In this document: piece by piece, positions 56,469 to 64,000 of the stretch
Layout of the letters: each line of letters begins with the position of its first letter
Numbering within the stretch: the first letter of the stretch is position 1
Origin: a virus
Virus record (IMG/VR): IMGVR_UViG_3300032401_001693
Span: 37,812 to 101,811 of that record
DNA length: 64,000 nucleotides
Direction: 5' to 3' (one strand)
Made by a program: the position numbers and the translations under genes
Notes under the pieces: model-generated
Database searches by the model: none
What the model was told of the DNA's origin: nothing
Seen by the model: only the letters and a program-made list of their open reading frames with translations

Positions 56469-59070
56469 GTGAGGATACAGTTAATACATCCATCTCATCC
56501 AAATTCTACCGAGGACCGACTTTGACCCACCACTTGGGCTTTTGCTAATGGCTTCTTATTTGAGACAGTCTTTTAAAGATGTGGAAGTGGTTATCAATGA
56601 TCTGTCTGGAATCTATGAGGAGATGTGGGAGATTGGAGAGGCAGACGTATATGGAATAAGTGTCTATGTGACTACTTTGGGTTTGACTCAGAAAATAGCT
56701 AGAATGTGTAAAGAAAAGAACCCAAATTCAGTAGTGGTAGTTGGAGGAGCTCATCCATCCTGCCTTCCAGCATCTCCTGAGTTTATGGATAATCCAGATA
56801 TAGATTTGGTGGTAGTGGGTGAAGGTGAAATTGCTATATCAAATATAGTTAGAAATAGGATTAAGGGAAGGATAGTTCCAAGTATAGATGGTAAAATTAT
56901 TCCAGTGGCTTCTGAAACTTTTGACTACTTTCTTTTTCCTTCTTTTGACCTTATTTATGTAGATTCTTACCATCGTAGGGTAAATGGGGAGAAGTCACTT
57001 CCACTTTTGACCACTCGTGGTTGTCCTTTCAAATGTTTTCCTAAAGGGACCAGGGTAGTTACATCTGATTCTATTAATAAGAACATAGAAAAAATAAGAG
57101 TTGGAGATAAGCTTATTGCCTATGATGGTGGTAAGTTAGTCGAAACCACTGTAACCAAGTTATTTAAGCACCAATCCACTGAACTCTTAGAAATAGAATT
57201 TGAAAATAATGGGAAGATTAGATGCACTCCAGAACACCCATTTTATGTTAAAGGAGAATGGGTAGAAGCTAAAAATCTTGAGACAGGTCAAGAAATCTAT
57301 AACATAAATTTTAAAAATAAGCTATCCTTGCAGAAAAAGTTATACAATCCTATGAAAAATGAGTCTACCAGAAAGAAAGTTTCTAAGAAGATTAAAAAAC
57401 TTTTTATTGAGGATCCAGATAGAGGATTAGCTAAATGTTGGAAAAAATATTCTAAATATGAAATGCATCCCAAGTGGGTAGGAGACCAAGAAAAGTTCAA
57501 AGAAAAGAATAGAAATGCATCTAAAAGAATGACTAGTAATAATCCTATGAAAAATCCAGAAGTTTGTAAGAAAAGTGGTGATACACATAGAAAGATTTAC
57601 GCTTCGGGAGAAGTAGTACCCTTTTTTAAACAACCTAAAGAGAAATGGCATATGAAATATGTTTCTACTCCTGAGGAGTGGGGGGCCTGGAAGAAAAGAG
57701 ATTCAGAAAGGCTAAAGAAAAGCAACCCTTCGCACAATCCTGAGACTCTAAAAAAGATACTTAAAAGTGCTGGGAAGCATCCTAATGGTGAGGAAACATT
57801 AATTTCTAAGTTTATAGATAAAAATTTTCCAGGGGAGTATGTTTTTTCAGGGGATGGCTCGGTTATTATAGGCTATTACAACCCAGATTTTATTAATGTT
57901 AATGGTAAGAAAAAATTAATAGAATATAATGGTTGCTGGTATCATCATTGTAAGATATGTTTTCCAAACTCTAAGGTTGATAAACGACACGAACACAGAA
58001 TTAAATCGTATCAAAAGTATGGATTCGAAGTTTTAACTATATTCAGTCATGAAATGAAAAATCCTGAGTTGCTCATTAAGAAAATTGGTGACTTTACCTA
58101 CAATGGTCTGAAAATAAAAAGTATAAATAAAATAACTAATTTTGATATAGTTAGAGAATTTAGGGACGGTAAAAAACCAAAGACTCAAGTTAGAATACAG
58201 AAAATACCCAGTGTGGATGTTTATAATCTTGAGTGTGAACCTTATCATAACTATTTTGTAGTACCTAATCATTCAAAGGAGTATGTTTTATCTCATAACT
58301 GCTCGTTCTGTGGACTTCAGAAGATGCATGAGTTAGGGAGGAGGGTTAGATTTGCTTCACCAAAGGTTATTTATGATCAGATACTAAAGATAAAAACTGA
58401 GTTTGGGATAAGTGCTATTAACTTTCAAGATGACCAGTTTACTCTAAACCGACCACGTTTGTTTGAGATGTTGGATATGATTAAGGATTTGGATATAAAG
58501 TTTAGGTGTCATGGTAGGGCGGGGTATGATAACGAAGAAGTCTATAAAAGATTGGCAGGGGCGGGATGTGTTCAGGTGGCTTGGGGCATAGAATCGGGTT
58601 CTCAGTACATACTTGATAGGATGAATAAGAGAGTTAATGTTCAGGATAACTATAACGTAGTTGAATGGGCTAAAAAATACGGAATAACTTCTAGGGCATT
58701 TATAATCCTTTTCTTTCCTGGTGAGACCAAAGAGACATTGGAGGAAACGAAGGAGTTTATCAAAAAGGCAGATCCAGACCAAGTATTTGTTAGTTCTATG
58801 GCTTGTTATCCTGGAACAGATGTTTGGAACAATCCTTCTAAGTATGGAATAATAAGTTTAGATGATGATTTTTCTCAATACTACCAAGTTGGTAAGGACG
58901 GTATGGGACCTCTTCTTAGTTTTGACACGAAATGGCTTAATAGACATGAAGCTAAGGAGTTAGAGATAGAATTTCGAAAGTGGGTTAAGAATAACATAGA
59001 ATTTAGGGGCAGTTTGCTGGATTACGAAAAAACTCTATACGAAAAGAAGGGAGATAACTGTGGTATTTGA
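56469..59070 (+). CDS. cobalamin-dependent radical SAM enzyme, paralog of 45093..46406, with an intein and a +1 frame break at 56520-56526
   Basis: GTG 56469 after AGGAGG gives MRIQLIHPSHPNSTEDRL, matching the paralog's MRIELIHPSDPN. After CTT TGA C the +1 frame continues DPPLGLLLMAS. The spliced motif reads RGCPFK|CSFC. Confidence 0.85.
57034..58299 (+). mobile_element. intein (422 aa) with PD-(D/E)xK Vsr/DUF559-like endonuclease
   Basis: Starts CFPKGTRV, block B IRCTPEHPF, ends VYNLECEPYHNYF...LSHN with +1 Cys. Contains NPM/NPS basic repeats and YNPDFI...IEYNGCWYH. Absent from the paralog. Confidence 0.92.
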
Positions 59071-59911
59071 TATTGAGAAACCTGAGTATTCTATTGTGAT
59101 TCCGTGTTACAACAAGCTTAAGTTTACTAAGATATGTGTGGATTCTGTTATAGAAACATCTAAGGATTACGACTATGAACTTGTCATAGTTACCAATGGC
59201 TGCACTGATGGTACTGAGGCTTGGGTTCTGGATATGCAAAGGAATTCTGAAGCCAAAAAGATAGTTTTGTGTAGCTACAAGCACCCAATCGGGGGTGGTG
59301 AGGCAATAAATGTAGGGTTCAAGCTGGCAAGAGGTGAGTATATAGCTACTGTCAATAATGATTGTAAAATACTGGGTAAAGAATGGCTGGCTCTTCTTAG
59401 AGGCCCCTTTGATTTAGATCCTAGAATGGCGGTTACTGGTCCGCTGAAATTAGCTTTTCCAGAGATAAATTCTAGTTTTATCGTATTTTTTTGTGTTATG
59501 ACTAGAAAGAAGGTTTTGGATAGTATAGGATACTTAGATACAGAAACTTTCAAGATTGGTGGGTGTGAGGACATAGATTTCTGTGAAAGGGCCAAGAGAT
59601 CTGGTTTTCACATACAGCAGGTTCCTCCAGAAACACCTACTGTAGTAGAAAAAACAACTATTGATGAGTCTGATGAAGTCTGGCGGGATGGTAGTGGGCA
59701 GGAGGTTCTAAAGATGAATTCTGGTAATTTCCCAATATATCACAGTAGTGAGGGAACTGTTCATGATGCTAGTTTGGTACAAAATTGGTCAGAAATTCTG
59801 GGTGGAAATCGTTTGATTCTCCTTAACAGGTATCTTCCATTGGATATGCCTAGTAGTGTACGTGAGGAAATTTTGAGTAGATGCCGTAAGCATAGGTCTA
59901 TAGGTTCTTGA
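59060..59911 (+). CDS. GT2 glycosyltransferase (paralog group B)
   Basis: SIVIPCYN, NGCTDGT, VNNDC, GCEDIDFC. Confidence 0.85.
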   Translation: MVFDIEKPEYSIVIPCYNKLKFTKICVDSVIETSKDYDYELVIVTNGCTDGTEAWVLDMQRNSEAKKIVLCSYKHPIGGGEAINVGFKLARGEYIATVNNDCKILGKEWLALLRGPFDLDPRMAVTGPLKLAFPEINSSFIVFFCVMTRKKVLDSIGYLDTETFKIGGCEDIDFCERAKRSGFHIQQVPPETPTVVEKTTIDESDEVWRDGSGQEVLKMNSGNFPIYHSSEGTVHDASLVQNWSEILGGNRLILLNRYLPLDMPSSVREEILSRCRKHRSIGS

Positions 59912-59925
59912 ATTTAGTCAAAAAC

Positions 59926-60000
59926 GTTAAAAAACTACCACTCAGGCTTTAAATTCTGAGTTTTGCCAAGACTTTTTAGGCAATTAGACATTTGATATAT
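59926..60000. repeat. intergenic bipartite repeat, copy 2
   Basis: Same two blocks and the same 21-nt spacer as 37636-37708. Confidence 0.75.
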
Positions 60001-60019
60001 AGTTAGTTTTGAGTGAGTT

Positions 60020-60037
60020 TTTTATATAAATCTTATT
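60020..60037 (+). promoter_or_regulatory. putative late promoter motif TTTTATATAAATCTTATT
   Basis: Fourth copy, upstream of 60052. Confidence 0.55.
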
Positions 60038-60051
60038 GAAGGGAAGTAGGT

Positions 60052-60348
60052 TTGGCTAACCCAATCGTGTATCTTGGTGATTACGGTTTAATTCTTAGTG
60101 TTTCCACTGAGATAGATCTAACTGATGCAACTTCCTACGTTTTTCATGTTTCAAAGCCCAACGGGGTTCAAGTGGATTGGATTCCAGAACCAGAGGAGGA
60201 TCTAACTACTGGAATTCTCAATTATATTATAGAATCTGGTGATTTAGACATTTCTGGTTCTTATTTATTACAGGCAGAAGTAGCTTTTGGTATTAAGAGA
60301 TTTGTGGGAGAGTCAGCTATTGTAGAGGTTCTACCAGATTGTAAATAG
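60052..60348 (+). CDS. small Ig-like virion protein (BppU N-terminal-like), paralog of 60352..60744
   Basis: D.G..L.V...DLTDATSY.FH..KPNG..VDW.P...G.L.Y....DL...G.Y.L..EV.F. Confidence 0.6.
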   Translation: MANPIVYLGDYGLILSVSTEIDLTDATSYVFHVSKPNGVQVDWIPEPEEDLTTGILNYIIESGDLDISGSYLLQAEVAFGIKRFVGESAIVEVLPDCK

Positions 60349-60351
60349 AAT

Positions 60352-60744
60352 ATGGCATTTTCTAAACTCTATTGTGACGACATTGGGATTGAAATTAGTG
60401 TAGACGTAGGAGAGAATCTTACTGAAGCATCTAGTTATATTTTTCATATAACTAAGCCAAATGGCCTTAAAGTAGATTGGATTCCTGTAGTGGGGGCAGA
60501 TCCAGTAGATGGTATTCTAACGTATACTACTATAGTTGATGATTTGATTCTTCCTGGGGTATACAAACTGGAATCAGAGGTTCTATTTGCTGGAAAAAGG
60601 TTGATAGGATCAAAGGTTGTTTTTAAAGTTTGGGAGAGTGTGTGGAGGTTTGCTGAAGTAGGTGTTTCTGTTCATGCGCCATCGCTTCAGCTTGTAACGG
60701 GTGGGTATATCTTGCTGGTTTCGGGTGGAACTATTCTGTTGTGA
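60352..60744 (+). CDS. small Ig-like virion protein (BppU N-terminal-like), paralog of 60052..60348
   Basis: Same motif set plus a C-terminal extension. Confidence 0.6.
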   Translation: MAFSKLYCDDIGIEISVDVGENLTEASSYIFHITKPNGLKVDWIPVVGADPVDGILTYTTIVDDLILPGVYKLESEVLFAGKRLIGSKVVFKVWESVWRFAEVGVSVHAPSLQLVTGGYILLVSGGTILL

Positions 60745-60769
60745 TAACTTAAGTCAGGAGTTTTGAAAC

Positions 60770-62476
60770 ATGGAAATGAAAATAGAGGTTGGAATTCCAA
60801 CAAAAGACAGATATCCCAACTTGGCTATGCTTTTGTGGAGCCTGACTGAGCAATCTTTTAAAAATTTTACTATTAAAATTGTGGATGATTCTGAAAATAG
60901 GCAAGACATACGAGAACTTTCTTATATTCTTCCCATTTTGAAGAGAATGGATTCAGAAGGGCTGGCTTGGAGTGTTATATTTGGTCCTAAGCGGGGGCCT
61001 CATCACTGTCATCAGCTAGTATTGGATGAGACTAAGAGAAGTTATGTTTTTAGAGTAGACGATGATAGCTGTTTGGACAAGTATGCTTTAGAGAAACTGG
61101 TTAATACATGGGAAGAATTGGAATCTAAAGGCGTGAAAGTTGGGGCGGTTGGGTCCGTTATTGTTGATCCGTCTATGCCCATTGAGTATAGATTCCTACC
61201 AGTAGGCTTCAGGAGTTTTAGAAAGTTCCAAGGGAAGGTTGAAAATACGGGTTGGAATACCGGTGACCAGCAGTGGCGAATGCATCCAGATACTGAGATT
61301 CAAGCTGTAGAACATTTGTACAGTTCTTTTTTGTATAGTGTGGAAGCTGGAAGGAAAATTGGGGGTTATGAGCTTAGTTATAATGTTGTGGGTCATAGGG
61401 AAGAAACTGATTTTACGTATCGTATGTTCAAAAGTGGCTATGGGACTTACATACAGCCAGAGGCATTAATCTGGCATCTTAGGAACCCCTCTGGTGGAAT
61501 AAGGACTTATGAATCAGGTGCCCTTTGGGCCGAATGTCAGGAAAGATTCATGAGTAAGTTCAAGTTTAAGAGAGGGAAGAATCAAGATAGGGTAGTCAAA
61601 GTGTTTGGTGGGTTGGGAGATCATTTGTGTGCTACTCCTATGCTAAGGGCTCTCAAGAGAAAGGGTGAAAAAGTGGTGGTTACTTCAGTTTATCCATATC
61701 TTCTTCAGGGTAACCCAAATATAGATGAGTTAATCTATCCTACGGAAGAGGTAGATTACGAGAAAATAGATTTTAGGGATCTTTATAAGTGGTGTTTTGA
61801 AACTGGGTTTGAAGGCTGTGTTTCAGAGGCCTGGTGTAATATGTATGAGGTAGACTATGACGGGGACAACCTAGATTATGCTGTTTATCCACTGGAGCGT
61901 GTGTGGGTGAATAGAAATATAAAAGATAAGAAATTTATACTAATTTCGGTAAGTGGTGGTATTCCAGTAGTTCAGTATGCTGACATTACTTTAGTAGGAG
62001 CAGCGAAGAGGAGGACCCAGGTCAAAGACTGGTTTAAACCCAGATGGGAAGTTTTAGTTTCTGAGATTAAGAGTCTTGGTTATAAAGTTTATCAGGTTGG
62101 TGGCCAAGATGATGAGAAGGTGGAAGGCTGTGATCGATATTTTCTTGGTATTGACTATCGTTTAACTATTGCTATGCTGGAAAAGAGTAGAGGGTTTGTT
62201 AGTGTGGATACTTTTCTTGGTCATGCAGGGCATGCGATAGGTAAAAAAGGCGTTGTTATATTTGGGCCTTCTGAACCCAAGTTTTTTGGTCACAATAGTA
62301 ACATAAATATTTTCCACCGAGAAGGATGCCCTCAGGGTAGGGCTTGTCTACAAGGAAGTGAGCCAAAGTTTCAGTGGTTGAGTCATGGATATACCTGCGA
62401 AAATAGAAAATGTATGGAATCAATTTCTGTTGAGGAAGTTCTACAGGAGGTGAGAAAACTTGACAACAGCGACTAG
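60770..62476 (+). CDS. GT2 + GT9 glycosyltransferase fusion
   Basis: IPTKDR..VDDS..RVDDD..REETDF; then GGLGDHLCATP..KDW..W..SVDTFLGHA..KKGVVIFGPS. Confidence 0.85.
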   Translation: MEMKIEVGIPTKDRYPNLAMLLWSLTEQSFKNFTIKIVDDSENRQDIRELSYILPILKRMDSEGLAWSVIFGPKRGPHHCHQLVLDETKRSYVFRVDDDSCLDKYALEKLVNTWEELESKGVKVGAVGSVIVDPSMPIEYRFLPVGFRSFRKFQGKVENTGWNTGDQQWRMHPDTEIQAVEHLYSSFLYSVEAGRKIGGYELSYNVVGHREETDFTYRMFKSGYGTYIQPEALIWHLRNPSGGIRTYESGALWAECQERFMSKFKFKRGKNQDRVVKVFGGLGDHLCATPMLRALKRKGEKVVVTSVYPYLLQGNPNIDELIYPTEEVDYEKIDFRDLYKWCFETGFEGCVSEAWCNMYEVDYDGDNLDYAVYPLERVWVNRNIKDKKFILISVSGGIPVVQYADITLVGAAKRRTQVKDWFKPRWEVLVSEIKSLGYKVYQVGGQDDEKVEGCDRYFLGIDYRLTIAMLEKSRGFVSVDTFLGHAGHAIGKKGVVIFGPSEPKFFGHNSNINIFHREGCPQGRACLQGSEPKFQWLSHGYTCENRKCMESISVEEVLQEVRKLDNSD

Positions 62477-64000
62477 GTTTGGGTTTTCTGGGTTGTCTGG
62501 ATATAGCGGACTAAGTGGATATGATGCTCGAGTAGGATATAGTGGCGTATCTGGATATAGTGGTTATAGTGGCCATTCTGGAATTGGAATTTCTGGCTAC
62601 TCAGGAATATCTGGATATTCCAGTATTAGTGGTTATTCAGGAATTTCTGGATATTCTGGTTATTCTAGCGAATCTGGTTATAGTGGCTATTCAGGCAAGT
62701 CTGGTTATTCTGGTATTACTGGATGGACAGGGTATTCAGGCAAGTCTGGCTATTCGGGTTACTCTGGAGTAAGTGGATACTCAGGACTGGCTACCTCTGG
62801 ATTTTCTGGTATAAGTGGGTATTCAGGGATAAATGGGATCGGAATACAGGGCTTAACTGGTCCAGCTGGGACGAGTGGATATAGTGGGATTGGAGCATCT
62901 GGTTACTCTGGAAGATCTGGCTATAGTGCTTATTCTGGTTATAGTGGTATAAGTGGGTATAGTTCTACAGTTATAGGATCTTCTGGATATTCGGGTTACT
63001 CAGGGGAAAGTGGTTATAGTGGATACTCAGGAGTTGGAATATCAGGTTATTCTGGTTATTCTGGAATTGGAACATCTGGTTATTCTGGAATAGATGGTAT
63101 AGCTTCTTCATCAGGATATAGTGGGTACAGTTCTTTAGTTGCAGGACCGACTGGTATTTCTGGATATTCAGGATATTCTGCTTATAGTGGCTATTCTGGT
63201 ATTGGGACTTCTGGATATAGTGGTTACTCCTCAGCAGTTGTTGGCCCTACTGGAATAAGTGGTTATTCCGGCTATTCAGGTAAGTCTGGTTATTCAGGTG
63301 TGGGTACTTCAGGATTTTCTGGGTGGAGCTCATCGGAATTAGGCATACAGGGGATATCTGGCTATTCAGGTGTGGGTACTTCAGGTTATTCAGCTTATAG
63401 TGGCTATTCTTCTACTGTTGTAGGATTAAGTGGGTATTCAGCTTATTCTGGAAGGTCTGGGTATTCCGGTATAGGGGAATCTGGATACTCTGGATACTCT
63501 GGAATTTCTGGTAAAGATGGAGCATATGCAGCTTCAGGTTATAGTGGCTATTCGGGTTATTCCAGTGTTAGTGGCATTTCAGGTTACTCAAGTGAAAGTG
63601 GATATTCTGGGTATAGTGCAGCAAGTCCAGGGGCTTCTGGATACTCTGGTTATAGTGCCATTTCAGGTTATTCCGGATATAGTGGAATTTCAGGTTATTC
63701 CGGATATAGCGGAATTTCAGGTTATTCCGGATATAGTGCCATCTCAGGTTATTCGGGCTACTCAGCCTATAGTGGTATAAGTGGTTATTCTGGCTATTCG
63801 GGTATCTCAGGCTACTCAGCCTATAGTGGGATAAGTGGTTATTCTGGAAAGTCTGGATATAGTGGCTATTCTAGTATTTCTGGTTATAGTGCCTACTCGG
63901 GATATTCTGGGATATCTGGTTATTCAGCATATAGTGGCTATTCAGGAAGGTCTGGATATAGTGGTTATTCTGGAATTGGAACATCTGGTTATTCTGGAAT
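62460..64000 (+). CDS. second Ser-Gly-Tyr collagen-like protein (runs off the window; not in ORF track)
   Basis: TTG 62460 with AGGAGGTG 7 nt upstream; MTTATRFGFSGLSGYSG...; still in the SGY frame at 64000. Confidence 0.8.
   Translation, partial: MTTATRFGFSGLSGYSGLSGYDARVGYSGVSGYSGYSGHSGIGISGYSGISGYSSISGYSGISGYSGYSSESGYSGYSGKSGYSGITGWTGYSGKSGYSGYSGVSGYSGLATSGFSGISGYSGINGIGIQGLTGPAGTSGYSGIGASGYSGRSGYSAYSGYSGISGYSSTVIGSSGYSGYSGESGYSGYSGVGISGYSGYSGIGTSGYSGIDGIASSSGYSGYSSLVAGPTGISGYSGYSAYSGYSGIGTSGYSGYSSAVVGPTGISGYSGYSGKSGYSGVGTSGFSGWSSSELGIQGISGYSGVGTSGYSAYSGYSSTVVGLSGYSAYSGRSGYSGIGESGYSGYSGISGKDGAYAASGYSGYSGYSSVSGISGYSSESGYSGYSAASPGASGYSGYSAISGYSGYSGISGYSGYSGISGYSGYSAISGYSGYSAYSGISGYSGYSGISGYSAYSGISGYSGKSGYSGYSSISGYSAYSGYSGISGYSAYSGYSGRSGYSGYSGIGTSGYSG

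Noticed and set aside
35761-62476. Island as a host LPS/capsule locus or a DNA hypermodification cluster
   Set aside because: It has no export or polymerisation genes, shares the promoter motif with head genes, and I saw no base-hydroxymethylase or similar nucleotide enzymes. DNA modification cannot be fully excluded without chemistry.
321-63780. Many short minus-strand and alternate-frame ORFs in the track
   Set aside because: They overlap well-supported + strand genes, lack recognisable motifs, and within the SGY genes are by-products of the triplet repeat.
1-64000. Alternative genetic code (TAG or TGA reassignment) to explain start-less or broken frames
   Set aside because: Long genes are intact under the standard code, and TAG, TGA and TAA all end genes at sensible boundaries.
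1-64000. tRNA, rRNA, integrase, terminase, portal or tail sheath genes
   Set aside because: None recognised by eye; intergenic gaps are short. Terminase, portal and tail genes presumably lie outside the window.

Overview
This is a single-strand (+), densely packed, AT-rich segment of a large tailed-phage genome. It has four parts. (1) 1.4-16.6 kb is a block of genes whose products share a short leader or linker, [NY/F]-V-I/V-L-E-K^[A/S], usually followed by a basic motif, [K/R][G/P][Y/F/H]xRTRKGKxExV[K/R][G/P][Y/F/H]. These tags are attached to unrelated enzyme domains: a Cys-His-Asp papain/transglutaminase-like domain, an HD hydrolase, an ADP-ribosyltransferase fold and a GNAT. They also punctuate a 1574-aa MuF polyprotein carrying a 2H phosphoesterase, a CCA-adding enzyme with HD domain, a nucleotidyltransferase and a zincin. 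(2) 14.6-18.8 kb is a SPO1/A511/Twort-type (Herelleviridae-like) head module of prohead protease, scaffold and major capsid protein, whose apparent maturation site is the same x-K^[A/S]. (3) 19-36 kb holds paired small virion-type genes, a Ser-Gly-Tyr collagen-like fibre and four signal-peptide-bearing Cys-rich/beta-helix proteins. (4) 35.8-62.5 kb is a very large glycan-building island with about 16 glycosyltransferase domains, 7 methyltransferase domains, 3 radical SAM enzymes (one with an intein) and amino-sugar enzymes, followed by a second SGY collagen-like gene that runs off the window. The best candidate for an undescribed system is a modular capsid-cargo tagging and protease-release code, analogous to the T4 capsid-targeting sequence but Lys-specific, that would load host-takeover or counter-defence enzymes into the head. 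All family calls come from motif recognition by eye; no database search was run. Several frame breaks at short homopolymers could be assembly errors.
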